From assembly GCA_045616545.1 (NCBI GenBank), contig JAZLGX010000033.1, forward strand, positions 10,525 through 74,524: a stretch of 64,000 nt of DNA, written 5' to 3'. Shown here one piece after another: positions 53,098 through 62,828 of the stretch (its first letter is position 1; every line of letters begins with the position of its first letter). Source of the DNA: Treponema sp. (lineage in GTDB: Bacteria; Spirochaetota; Spirochaetia; Treponematales; Treponemataceae). The position numbers and the translations under genes were made by a program. Under the pieces are notes generated by a model. That model was not told where the DNA came from, made no database searches, and saw only the letters and a program-made list of their open reading frames with translations.

Positions 53098-54570
53098 ATG
53101 TTGAACATCAATAACAACACAGCTCACATCAAACGCGAGATTCTTGTACGTCTTGCCAGGCTTCAGCTTGAAGGCAAGCTTTCAGAGGGAGTTCACTATA
53201 TTCCAAAGGAGATGGCACCTTTAGATAAACCTCCTATGATGTGCTGCGTATACCACGACCGTGAGGTTCTGCGTAACCGAGTTATTGCCCGCATGGGATT
53301 CTCCCTTGAAGATACAAAACCTAGCCAGACTTTAGCTAGCCTTGCCGAAAAAGCTCTTGAGAGAGAAAAACCTACATGGCCTATGCTGACAGTTCTTCAT
53401 GAAGCCTGCAATGCCTGCGTACAAAGTCATTATATGGTAACAAATGCATGTCAGGCATGTATTGCTCGTCCTTGCCAAGTCAACTGCCCTAAAAAGGCTA
53501 TATCTGTCACAAAGAGAGCTGCCATTGACGAATCCAAATGCGCCAACTGTGGCCTTTGTCTAAAGAACTGTCCTTATCACGCAATCATCAAGATTCCTGT
53601 TCCATGTGAAGAAGCCTGTCCTGTAGGAGCTATCAGCAAGAACGAAGACGGAAAGGAAGTCATCGATTACGACAAGTGTATTTTCTGCGGCAACTGCATG
53701 AGAGAATGTCCTTTTGGAGCCATGATGGACAAGAGTCAGCTCCTGGATGTAATCAAACATATAATGAATCCTTCAAAGAAAGTTGTTGCCATGTATGCTC
53801 CAAGCATTGCAAGCCAGTTCAGGAGCCAGAACGGTCAGATTGAAAATGCACTTCTCGCCCTTGGCTTTGACAAAGTACTGGAAGTTGCCAAAGGTGCAGA
53901 TATCTGTGCTGACAACGAAGCCAAAGAGTTTGAAGAAAGAATGGAACGTGGAGACAAGATGATGACTACTTCATGTTGTTCTGCCTATGTACGTGCAGTG
54001 CATATTCATGTTCCGGAACTCAATCCTTGTGTTTCTGAGACAAAAAGCCCGATGCACTACACTGCAGAAATTGCCAAGGATGAAGATCCTGATTGTATTA
54101 CGGTATTCATCGGGCCTTGTCTTGCAAAGAGGCGTGAAGGATTTGACGATCCACTGGTTAACTACGTACTTACAGTAGAGGAACTGGCTGCGTTCCTGAT
54201 TGCAAAAGAGGTAGATGTCCTTAAGATGGAGTCAAAGGAAACTGCTGATGCCCCAACTGCTTCCGCCCGTAACTTCGCAAAATCCGGAGGTGTTGGAAAC
54301 GCTGTTGCACTGAGACTGAAGGATAAGAATATATTGCGTTTTACAAGGATAGACGGACTGGATAAGGCTGGTCTCAAAGAACTGAAGAAATATGGTCAGA
54401 TCAATGCGGGTATTCTTCCCCACGCAAATGACTGTCCTAATCTTATTGAAGTTATGGCATGTGAAGGCGGCTGTATTGCAGGTCCATGCGTTATTTCCAA
54501 TCTCAAGATGTCGGAAATTCAGCTTAATAAGTATGTTGCCGCCGGTTCACAAGATCCTAAAAATGACTAG
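53098..54570 (+). CDS. [FeFe]-hydrogenase-like protein with N-terminal ferredoxin-type clusters and variant H-cluster motifs
   Basis: 490 aa. Ferredoxin-type motifs are CANCGLCLKNCP and CIFCGNCMRECP. H-domain motifs are L1 TTSCCSAY, L2 GPCLAKRRE and L3 EVMACEGGCIAGPC. All four H-cluster Cys, the Lys and the Glu are present. Confidence 0.8.
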   Translation: MLNINNNTAHIKREILVRLARLQLEGKLSEGVHYIPKEMAPLDKPPMMCCVYHDREVLRNRVIARMGFSLEDTKPSQTLASLAEKALEREKPTWPMLTVLHEACNACVQSHYMVTNACQACIARPCQVNCPKKAISVTKRAAIDESKCANCGLCLKNCPYHAIIKIPVPCEEACPVGAISKNEDGKEVIDYDKCIFCGNCMRECPFGAMMDKSQLLDVIKHIMNPSKKVVAMYAPSIASQFRSQNGQIENALLALGFDKVLEVAKGADICADNEAKEFEERMERGDKMMTTSCCSAYVRAVHIHVPELNPCVSETKSPMHYTAEIAKDEDPDCITVFIGPCLAKRREGFDDPLVNYVLTVEELAAFLIAKEVDVLKMESKETADAPTASARNFAKSGGVGNAVALRLKDKNILRFTRIDGLDKAGLKELKKYGQINAGILPHANDCPNLIEVMACEGGCIAGPCVISNLKMSEIQLNKYVAAGSQDPKND

Positions 54571-54590
54571 TTGCATGTCAGGACACCAGC

Positions 54591-54857
54591 TCAGTTAGGA
54601 AATGCAGATACGTAACGGTATGATGGAGAAAGAACTCTTGTACTCTGCATACCGAAAGGACGGCCTCTGTACGTCGCAACACTGAACCATATTGGGGCAG
54701 GCATATAGACTTCACTTCCTGTGCAGTCAAGAGCCAAAATAAAAAGACAATTGGCCGTCTGCTCTGCTCCAATAATCGTTACTACCTCGTCCCCAAGCTC
54801 AACAGTATGCATGATATAAGGGTCGACATCTTTAACACTCGTAAATGGTTTGTACAT
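54591..54857 (-). CDS. Hypothetical small protein (88 aa)
   Basis: AGGAGG lies 11 nt upstream of the ATG. It sits in a 500-bp gap with its own flanking terminator. No motif is recognised. Confidence 0.45.
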   Translation of the reverse strand: MYKPFTSVKDVDPYIMHTVELGDEVVTIIGAEQTANCLFILALDCTGSEVYMPAPIWFSVATYRGRPFGMQSTRVLSPSYRYVSAFPN

Positions 54858-54978
54858 ATTATAAACAACCTCCTATTTGTTATATATTCTGAATTTTATT
54901 CCGCAATCCGTAGAATTCAACTTTCACCAGTAATTTTTTTGAGATTTTTGATAGAGTTATAGGAAATTTATGTATAGT

Positions 54979-55014
54979 AAAAAAAAGGGCCACCGGCGGA
55001 GTATTCGGTGACCC
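54979..55014 (-). terminator. Rho-independent terminator of the second importer operon
   Basis: On the minus strand, GGGTCACCG-AATACTCC-GCCGGTGGCCC (9-bp stem with one G-U) is followed by T8. Confidence 0.7.
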
Positions 55015-55079
55015 AAAAATTATTCATAAGGGAGGATACTGAGGCAAGATAAACGACGTTGACCTTGCCCCGTACAGAA

Positions 55080-56726
55080 TTATTTCATTCCAAGTTTTGC
55101 CTTGTTAATATTCATAAGTTCTGTCTGAACTTTCTGAACCTTGTCGATTCCCTTAGCCTTCTTGTACTGGTTGTACTCAGCAAGGATTCTGTCAAACTCA
55201 GCATCACTTTCTGCGAGGATAAGGTCACGAAGTGTCTTACCCCACTTGCGCTGGAGATCCTGATAGATAAGATCTTCATCGCTACCTACTTCGAGAGTAA
55301 GTCCATCATATGCTGCATAGCTTACTACATATGGACGTGTCCAGAGCTGTGGCTGTTCCAAAGATGGAGAGTAGTCACTTCCCCACTGTGCCTGCCAAGC
55401 TGTATCCATAAGCATCCAGTATGTATACTGTACACCGATATCTGTTTCCTGTGCGTTCTTGTCTGTCTTGTCAAGTTCAGCAACTTCTGGAGTAAGTTTT
55501 GGAATACCGTTTTCGATAGTGTATGTCTTGTTGAGGATACCAAAGTTTGTATCCATCTGTCCTTCTTCACTGATAAGGTATGTAAGGAACTGGATAGCAC
55601 GATCTGGATTCTTACAGTTCTTGCTGATGAGTGTTACTGTCCAACCAGCGATTCCACCACCTGCGAGTTTTGGATCTTCACCCTTTGTATTAGCTGGACC
55701 CTTTACTGCAATGTAAATTGAGTTTGGATCATTAGCATAAAGAGCATTCTGTGCTGCCTGCATATCCCAGTTCTGGTAGAAGAGACAGAAATATCTTCCC
55801 TGTGCTGCTTTTTCTTCGATCTGGCTTCTCTTGTCTACAAACATATCTGTTGTGATGAGACCCTCTTCGTGTGCCTTGCGGAATGTCTTGATCCAGCGTG
55901 TGTATTCTGGGTTTTCTGTAAGGCCGAGATTTGCATCTTCAAATACGCCATTCTGTTCTGGAGAGATAGCGAGAAAGTGCTGGAGTGTTGCCTGGAGCAT
56001 ACCACATCCTGTATCACCGAATTCGTTTGTACCAAAAGCAATGAGAGGCTGACCGTTTACGCTAGGGAACTTAGCCTTAGCAGCTCTAAGAGCGTTGAGG
56101 AATCCCTCTGGAGTAGACATATCAGGGCTACCAAGGGCTTCGTACATATCCTTACGAACAAGGAATGTTTCGTTGGAAGTAAGCTTTCCGTTATACTTTG
56201 CATAGTCTGCAGGTGTATATGATGAGTTTGGATATCCATATACATGACCGTCTGCCTGGCGGAACCATCCCATCTTGTCATTGTTTACAACCTGGAAGAA
56301 ATATGGATCATATTTGTCTGCAAGTTCATCAAGAGAATAAACAAGTCCCTGATCAATCATCATTGGAACCTGTCCTTCCCACCATCCCAATGTAATGAGA
56401 TCTGGAAGAGCATCACCTGCAATCATTGTGTTAAGTTTTTCAGCTTCGTTACCTGCTGGAACAACGAAGTTGATATCTACGCCAGTTTTTTCTGTAATAT
56501 ATTTGGATACCTGGCTGTCTCCCCAGTGGCGAGCAAACCAGCTGAAGTTGATATACCAGTCAAACTTTACTGGTTTATCAGCATTTGCCTTCCATCCAGG
56601 AACAGAAGCATCAACATTTGCCTGAGCAGCAACATTTGTTTCTTTCTTACCACATCCTGTAAAAGCCAGTGATGCAGCCATGATTCCCATTACAGTAGAG
56701 AGAACCACCCGACGTGTCTTTTTCAT
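55080..56726 (-). CDS. Extracellular solute-binding lipoprotein of a second CUT1-type importer (LplA-like)
   Basis: 548 aa with the lipobox SLAFTGC. It belongs to the same family as 44318-45997. Confidence 0.9.
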   Translation of the reverse strand: MKKTRRVVLSTVMGIMAASLAFTGCGKKETNVAAQANVDASVPGWKANADKPVKFDWYINFSWFARHWGDSQVSKYITEKTGVDINFVVPAGNEAEKLNTMIAGDALPDLITLGWWEGQVPMMIDQGLVYSLDELADKYDPYFFQVVNNDKMGWFRQADGHVYGYPNSSYTPADYAKYNGKLTSNETFLVRKDMYEALGSPDMSTPEGFLNALRAAKAKFPSVNGQPLIAFGTNEFGDTGCGMLQATLQHFLAISPEQNGVFEDANLGLTENPEYTRWIKTFRKAHEEGLITTDMFVDKRSQIEEKAAQGRYFCLFYQNWDMQAAQNALYANDPNSIYIAVKGPANTKGEDPKLAGGGIAGWTVTLISKNCKNPDRAIQFLTYLISEEGQMDTNFGILNKTYTIENGIPKLTPEVAELDKTDKNAQETDIGVQYTYWMLMDTAWQAQWGSDYSPSLEQPQLWTRPYVVSYAAYDGLTLEVGSDEDLIYQDLQRKWGKTLRDLILAESDAEFDRILAEYNQYKKAKGIDKVQKVQTELMNINKAKLGMK

Positions 56727-56839
56727 TTATTCCTCCTGAATACCGCACTAGCGGCATCATATTAACCCAAAAAAGATAATATTTTCAATCTTCATAAGAT
56801 ATCTTAAGACAAAAATCCTAAAAAGATTATCTTTTATAT

Positions 56840-56855
56840 CCTGCCCATGGGCAGG
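56840..56855 (-). other. Intercistronic 16-bp perfect palindrome between the permease and binding-protein genes
   Basis: CCTGCCCATGGGCAGG lies in the 198-nt gap between 56925 and 56726. Confidence 0.45.
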
Positions 56856-56924
56856 AATATACACTTGCTGATTTGTGGCAGCATCATCTCTCCACGGAGA
56901 AACAATCGCCACTCATATTCCTGA

Positions 56925-57806
56925 TTATCCCTTGATGGAACCAATCAAGAATCCCTTTACAAAGTACTTCTGTAAGAATGGATATACACACACAATAGGC
57001 AGTGTTGTTACAACCATTGTTGCAAGACGTACAGATGTACTTGATACCTGCTGAGCAGAGATACCTGCAGGCATTGCAACTACAGCCTTACTTGCGCTGG
57101 CACTGGCAACAATACGGTACAGGTAAGTCTGAATTGGCTGAAGAGCCTGATCGTTGATGTAAAGAACTCCTGTAAAGTAGTCATTCCACTGACCTACACC
57201 ATTGAACAATGCTATTGTTGCAACAACAGGCATACTCAAAGGTAACACAAACCTGACGAAGATCACCATGTCATTGGCACCATCAAGTCTTGCTGATTCC
57301 TCAAGTCCTGCAGGGAGCTCCCTAAAGAAGGACATAAAAAGAATCATGTTATAACATCCAAACATTGCCGGTATAATGTATACCAAGAAGTTATTGAACA
57401 GACCAAGGTTCTTGTATACTACGAATGTAGGAATCATACCGCCACCAAAGAACATTGTTATTGTTGCGATGATAAGGTAAACTTTGCTTCCCATGATGTG
57501 GGACTTGGACATTCCATAGGCAACCATAGCAGTAAAGAATACGCTGACTGCAGTACCAATCACTGTCTTTAGTACAGTTACGATAAAAGCCTTTATGATT
57601 ATCTGGTCTTGGAATACAGTCTTATAACTTTCCAGAGAAAACTTTCGAGGGAAAAGGTATATTCCACCTCTAAGGCTATCCGAGCTATCATTAAAAGAAA
57701 TGATAAGCGTATACCATACAGGATACAAAGCTATGAAACAAACCAAAGCCATCACTATATTTATGATGATCGATCCTGCCGTAGATTTATTTTTTGCACT
57801 GACCAT
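56925..57806 (-). CDS. ABC sugar transporter permease (LplC-like), second system
   Basis: 293 aa with 6 TM helices and an EAA loop (ESARLDGANDMVIFVRFVLPLSMP). It is collinear with 47135-48031. Confidence 0.9.
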   Translation of the reverse strand: MVSAKNKSTAGSIIINIVMALVCFIALYPVWYTLIISFNDSSDSLRGGIYLFPRKFSLESYKTVFQDQIIIKAFIVTVLKTVIGTAVSVFFTAMVAYGMSKSHIMGSKVYLIIATITMFFGGGMIPTFVVYKNLGLFNNFLVYIIPAMFGCYNMILFMSFFRELPAGLEESARLDGANDMVIFVRFVLPLSMPVVATIALFNGVGQWNDYFTGVLYINDQALQPIQTYLYRIVASASASKAVVAMPAGISAQQVSSTSVRLATMVVTTLPIVCVYPFLQKYFVKGFLIGSIKG

Positions 57807-57818
57807 TTTATACTCCCA

Positions 57819-58820
57819 CTAGAATAATGCTGTGTCGTTAAGTTTCTTTGATACCTTGTTGGTGATCATAAGAATAATTACACCTACTACAGACTTAAAG
57901 AGTCCTATAGCACTGGCATAAGAGAATCTCATACCTCTCATACCTGTTGTATATGTATAGATATCGATTACATTACTGCGGTCCTGGTTCAGAGGGTTCC
58001 ACAGGATATATATCTGGTCAAAGTTAGAGTTTAGGATTCCTCCAGCAGCCAGGATAAACATGATAGCTATCGTAGTTCTGATACTTGGCAAAGTAATGGA
58101 CCAAATCTGTCTCCAGCGACTGGCTCCGTCAACTTCTGCAGCCTCGTACATTTCCTGGTCAATACCAGAAATTGCTGCAAGATAGATGATTGCACTCCAT
58201 CCCATTTCCTTCCAGAGATCTGATGCTACAACAATTCCCCAGAAATACTTTGGATATGCAAGGAAAGCAACTCCTTCCTTAAGGATACCAAGCTTTACAA
58301 GAATCTGATTCAAGAAACCGTTTGGATCCATCCATGTTGTAAGGATACCTCCAAGGATAACCCAAGACAAAAAGTGTGGAAGATACGAAACTGTCTGGAT
58401 AAATTTCTTGTAACGGGTATTTCTGACTTCATTAAGCATCAAAGCAAAGAAAATTGGAATCGGAAAGTTAATGGCAAGCTTCAAAAGACTCATACCTAAA
58501 GTATTTGCCATGATATTGCCGAATTCTTCATCCTTAAAGAAGTCAATAAAGTGCTTGAAACCATGATTTGGAGCCCAAGGTGAGTTCCAGAATTCACTTG
58601 AAAACAATGGTTGAGTAATCTTGTAATTCTTCTTGAAGGCAATGAGTATACCATACATAGGAGCATAATTAAAAATTGCCATCCAAATGAGACCGCACCA
58701 TACCATGAACTGGAGGTAACGTTCGTCCCTTAGCCTTTGCGTAAAGCTTTTCTTGTTGAGGGCTGTCGCTGTTCTTTTTGAATTAGAAGCGACACTGTTA
58801 TCTGCATTACGATTTTTCAT
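57819..58820 (-). CDS. ABC sugar transporter permease (LplB-like), second system
   Basis: 333 aa with an EAA loop (EAAEVDGASRWRQIWSITLPSIR). It is collinear with 46167-47117. Confidence 0.9.
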   Translation of the reverse strand: MKNRNADNSVASNSKRTATALNKKSFTQRLRDERYLQFMVWCGLIWMAIFNYAPMYGILIAFKKNYKITQPLFSSEFWNSPWAPNHGFKHFIDFFKDEEFGNIMANTLGMSLLKLAINFPIPIFFALMLNEVRNTRYKKFIQTVSYLPHFLSWVILGGILTTWMDPNGFLNQILVKLGILKEGVAFLAYPKYFWGIVVASDLWKEMGWSAIIYLAAISGIDQEMYEAAEVDGASRWRQIWSITLPSIRTTIAIMFILAAGGILNSNFDQIYILWNPLNQDRSNVIDIYTYTTGMRGMRFSYASAIGLFKSVVGVIILMITNKVSKKLNDTALF

Positions 58821-58925
58821 TCCGTCCGTCCTTTATGTTTACGAGTATACGTTCTGTCGCTCTGAAAAGATAGATACCTCAATTTCGGAAGATGGTCGAT
58901 TCTTCGGTTTATGCAAAAAGACAAT

Positions 58926-58954
58926 TTGACAGACGTTTTTTTATCTTCTATCTT
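58926..58954 (+). promoter_or_regulatory. Candidate sigma70-like promoter for the 1133-aa gene
   Basis: TTGACA (58926-31), a 17-nt spacer and TATCTT (58949-54) lie about 115 nt upstream of the ATG. Confidence 0.35.
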
Positions 58955-59068
58955 GGATATATCAAAATCAAGGTATTCGAGAAAGACTTGAAAAAAAGTT
59001 TTCTGGAATACCCTCATGATAAAGACTGCCGCTAAAACGGATTACAAGGAAATTATAAGGAGCATATT

Positions 59069-62000
59069 ATGGGAACAAATGAGGCTGTAGGAAGACTCTA
59101 CAAGAGTACTGATACAGAAAACAGAGCAGATATCTTCAATATGGGTGTTGGCACTGATTATTACAGGATAGACAACTACGACGCAATGTCTGACTTCTTC
59201 ATGTCAATAACAAGCGGAAGTGATATCTGGAATTTCTTGTGGGCACAGGGAGGTATATCAGCAGGAAGAATAAATGCCAATCACGCAGTATTCCCTTACT
59301 ACACATGTGACAAACTCAGTGACATGAGAAATGTTACAGGAAGCTATGCATGTATTGCTGTCAAAGACAATGACAAGACAATAATGTGGGAACCTTTTGT
59401 ACTTGATGCCATACATAATACAAATCAGCGCATCCTCCTTAAAAGTCTGAACGGAAGCCGCGTAAAGTTTATAGAAGTAAATGAAGATATTTCCCTTGCC
59501 TATTCCTATGAATGGACTTCAAGCGACAGATTCGGTCTTATCAAAAAGAGTCAGATAATCAACTTGTCAGCATCTCCAAAGGAAGTTACTATTCTCGAAG
59601 GTGCAAGAAACATCATGTGTGCATCTGCAAATGCAGACAACCAGAACACAAACAGCGTCCTCCTTGACGCATACAAGAAGTCTGACCTGGTAAAAAAAGA
59701 GGGGCTGGCATTATTCGGAGTTTCTTCAGTCCTTACCGACAAGGCTGAACCAAGCGAAGGCCTGGCTGTAAACATCAGTTACTTTACAGGAACAGGCTCA
59801 GTATATCTTGGCGAAATGAATGCACAGAACTTCTACAGATACAGAGGAGATACATCTTGTCTCGATGATTCAGAAGTCCTTAAAGGAGAAAGAGCAAGCT
59901 TCTATATAGTAAATTCTGCAGCAATCGATGCAGGACAGGCCAGCAAGGAATGCATCCAGGTATTTGATACAAATTATTCATCAAGAGATGTAGCGGACTT
60001 TGTAGACTACCTCAAGAAGACAGACAGAGATACACTGCATACTCTCATAAACGAAGACATCGAAGCGACAAACAGCCAGCTTGACGAATATATAAGGATG
60101 GCAGATGGAGAACAAAGCTCTGCCCTCTCCCTTACAACAGCACACCACAAAGCCAACGTAATGTTCAACATCATGCGTGGAGGAATCTTTGCAGATTATG
60201 CTGATATTGACCTCAAGGACTTCTGCTCTACAGTGAACAAGGCAGATCCATCTTTGAAGGCAGAATTGGACACAGTTCTCAGCGATACTTCATCAAAGAC
60301 AATCAGCCGCACAGAACTTCTCTCGCTTGTACAGAAACACGGAAACCCACAGCTCATCCGCCTTTTCTGGGAATACATGAGTCTTACATTCTCCCGTCGC
60401 CACGGAGACCCTAGCCGCCCATGGAACAGGTTCAACATTGTTCTTAAGGACAAGGAAGGCGGCAAACTCCTTAACTACGAAGGCAACTGGCGTGACATAT
60501 TCCAGAACTGGGAAGCATTGGGATGGAGCTACCCTGAATACGTTGAAAGCATGTACACAAAGTTTGTCAACGCAATGACAATAGACGGCTTTAATCCATA
60601 CCGCATAACAAAAGACGGCATAGATTATGAGATTGCAGATCCTGATGATCCATGGAGCCAATACGGATACTGGGGAGACCATCAGGTAATATACCTCCAG
60701 AAGCTCCTGGAACTCCAGAGCAAAATCGACAGAACTGCAATCCTTGATAAGCTTGATACTGCAATCTATTCGACAGTACGAGTTCCTTACAAGCTCAAGT
60801 CATACGAAGACATCAAGGCAGATCCTCGTCATAGCCTTGTATTTGATGTGGAAGATGACAAACAGATCAGGGATGACCTGGCAGAAAAAGCTTGTCTTGA
60901 CTACAAGCTCATTCACAAAGATGGCAGCGTTGCACTGATAACTCTCACAGCTAAACTTCTGCAGCTTATAAGTGCTAAGGCAGCATACCTTGTTCCAGGA
61001 GCTGGAATCTGGATGAATACACAGCGTCCTGAATGGAATGATGCCAATAATGCTCTTGCAGGTTGGGGACTCTCTGTAGTTACAACAGGATACCTTAACA
61101 GAATGCTTGAATTCCTTACAGAACTTTACGAAGAAAGCTCCTTAGCAACCTATAATGTACCAGCTCCTCTATACAACCTGGTAAAATGTCTTACAAAGAC
61201 ATACAACTTACAGTCAAAGGAACTCTATACAGACGGAAAGGAACAGAGGAACTTCCTTGACGCCAACAGCATTGCATTCCAAAATGAGTACAATGCTTAT
61301 TACAGCAATAACTTTGACGACGGCTTTGTTTCTATCACAAAAGAAGAAGTCCTTGAATATCTCAAGGCCGTAAATAAAGTTACTGAGGAAACTCTCCGTT
61401 GCAACAAGAGAGAAGATGGTCTATACCACACATACAACACCCTTTCTCTTGAAAAAGGAAGTCTTACAGTAAGAAATCTTCAGGAAATGCTTGAAGGTCA
61501 GGTAAGTATTTTGTCTTCCGGTCTCCTTTCCCCACAGGAAGCTTTGGAAGTGCTCCGTTCCCTTAAGTCAAGTGCCATATACGAGAGTCATCAGAACTCA
61601 TATATGCTCTATCCTAACAGAGAACTACAGCACTTTACAGTCAAGAACTGCATAACTCCTGCATCTGATGAAGATGCAGCAATTCTTGACAAGGTTGTAA
61701 GCAAAGGATACATGGAAAAATCTGCTTCAAGGACATACCATTTTGCTCCACAGTACAGGAACTTTGATCTCCTCAAAGAGGACATTATCCGTAAGGAAGG
61801 TGACTGCACTACAGAGATTACTGAAGAAATCCAATATCTCTCTGCACTCTACGAAAAGACATTCAATCACGCAAGCTTCACAGGAAGAAGCGGTACATTC
61901 TATGCCTACGAAGGACTTGGAAGCATCTACTGGCACATGGTATCAAAGCTTCTCCTTGCATGTCAGGAACACGCTCTCAAGGCTTACAGAGAAGATGACG

Positions 62001-62470
62001 AAGCAAAAGACGAACTCATGGCATTTTACTTTGACATCCAGGGTGGCCTAAGCTTCAACAAGACTCCTGCTCTTTACGGAGCTGTACCTCTTGATCCTTA
62101 CAGCCACACTCCATACATGAGAGGAGCTCGTCAGCCAGGTATGACAGGACAGGTAAAGGAAGAGATTCTTACAAGATGGGGAGAACTTGGAGTAGACATC
62201 CATGACGGAAAGGCAATCTTTGCACCATACATCCTCGATACAAGGGAATTTGGAAACAATACCGACGTAAAGTTTACATGGTGCACAATACCTGTAACAT
62301 ACCATAATCCTGAGTGCAATCCATTTACAAAGGATACTCAGTCTCGTATCCAGGTAACAATCGACGGAGTTACAACCGTCACAGAAGGCAATACCCTTAC
62401 AAGAGAAGCAACAGATCTTCTTATTGCAAGAGACAATAAACGCCTTACAGGCATTACACTGATTTACTAG
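59069..62470 (+). CDS. Large conserved-looking cytoplasmic protein of unknown function (1133 aa)
   Basis: This is an uninterrupted 3.4-kb ORF with a strong AAGGAG SD, no signal peptide and no TM helix. Conspicuous blocks are RRHGDPSRPWNRFNI, GNWRDIFQNWEAL, DPWSQYGYWGDHQVIYLQKLLE and RPEWNDANNALAGWG. I cannot assign a family by eye. Confidence 0.85.
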   Translation: MGTNEAVGRLYKSTDTENRADIFNMGVGTDYYRIDNYDAMSDFFMSITSGSDIWNFLWAQGGISAGRINANHAVFPYYTCDKLSDMRNVTGSYACIAVKDNDKTIMWEPFVLDAIHNTNQRILLKSLNGSRVKFIEVNEDISLAYSYEWTSSDRFGLIKKSQIINLSASPKEVTILEGARNIMCASANADNQNTNSVLLDAYKKSDLVKKEGLALFGVSSVLTDKAEPSEGLAVNISYFTGTGSVYLGEMNAQNFYRYRGDTSCLDDSEVLKGERASFYIVNSAAIDAGQASKECIQVFDTNYSSRDVADFVDYLKKTDRDTLHTLINEDIEATNSQLDEYIRMADGEQSSALSLTTAHHKANVMFNIMRGGIFADYADIDLKDFCSTVNKADPSLKAELDTVLSDTSSKTISRTELLSLVQKHGNPQLIRLFWEYMSLTFSRRHGDPSRPWNRFNIVLKDKEGGKLLNYEGNWRDIFQNWEALGWSYPEYVESMYTKFVNAMTIDGFNPYRITKDGIDYEIADPDDPWSQYGYWGDHQVIYLQKLLELQSKIDRTAILDKLDTAIYSTVRVPYKLKSYEDIKADPRHSLVFDVEDDKQIRDDLAEKACLDYKLIHKDGSVALITLTAKLLQLISAKAAYLVPGAGIWMNTQRPEWNDANNALAGWGLSVVTTGYLNRMLEFLTELYEESSLATYNVPAPLYNLVKCLTKTYNLQSKELYTDGKEQRNFLDANSIAFQNEYNAYYSNNFDDGFVSITKEEVLEYLKAVNKVTEETLRCNKREDGLYHTYNTLSLEKGSLTVRNLQEMLEGQVSILSSGLLSPQEALEVLRSLKSSAIYESHQNSYMLYPNRELQHFTVKNCITPASDEDAAILDKVVSKGYMEKSASRTYHFAPQYRNFDLLKEDIIRKEGDCTTEITEEIQYLSALYEKTFNHASFTGRSGTFYAYEGLGSIYWHMVSKLLLACQEHALKAYREDDEAKDELMAFYFDIQGGLSFNKTPALYGAVPLDPYSHTPYMRGARQPGMTGQVKEEILTRWGELGVDIHDGKAIFAPYILDTREFGNNTDVKFTWCTIPVTYHNPECNPFTKDTQSRIQVTIDGVTTVTEGNTLTREATDLLIARDNKRLTGITLIY

Positions 62471-62477
62471 GATAAAT

Positions 62478-62516
62478 AAAAAAGGTACAGGATTTACTTC
62501 CTGTACCTTTTTTTTG
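62478..62516. terminator. Bidirectional rho-independent terminator
   Basis: AAAAAA-AGGTACAGGA-TTTACT-TCCTGTACCT-TTTTTTT forms a perfect 10-bp stem. Confidence 0.85.
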
Positions 62517-62536
62517 CTTTATAAAACTGATTGTAA

Positions 62537-62731
62537 TCAGCCAATTACATATGAGTTATCACCAGTTACACTCATAGCTACGCTGTTATCTGCACACCAA
62601 GACTCAAAGTTGCTCTTAGCCTCATCAAGAGCTTCACCTGTAACAGCAAGCTCAACCTTGAGTTTAGCTCCATCTGGAGTAACAGTATAACCAGCATCCT
62701 TTAAAGTCGTGATGATATCGTCGTTGCTCAT
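62537..62731 (-). CDS. Hypothetical small acidic protein (64 aa)
   Basis: GGGGGA lies 4 nt upstream of the ATG, the composition is coding-like, and the gene is bounded by the terminator. No motif is recognised. Confidence 0.55.
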   Translation of the reverse strand: MSNDDIITTLKDAGYTVTPDGAKLKVELAVTGEALDEAKSNFESWCADNSVAMSVTGDNSYVIG

Positions 62732-62828
62732 TCTATCCCCCTGAAGGTCTTTTTATTAGTGATATTCTCCCCTAGTATAGCACACCTTTAAGAAAAAGAC
62801 ATACAATTTGAGAAAATAATTGTATTTT

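Noticed and set aside
55059-55721. 220-aa ORF antisense to the second binding-protein gene, with several 65-142-aa ORFs further along
   Set aside because: These are shadow frames of a well-supported lipoprotein gene, with Cys/Leu/Phe-rich nonsense composition.
58817-59017. 66-aa ORF in the divergent promoter region upstream of the 1133-aa gene
   Set aside because: It overlaps the permease start, has no SD, and covers the candidate promoter. It is judged non-coding.
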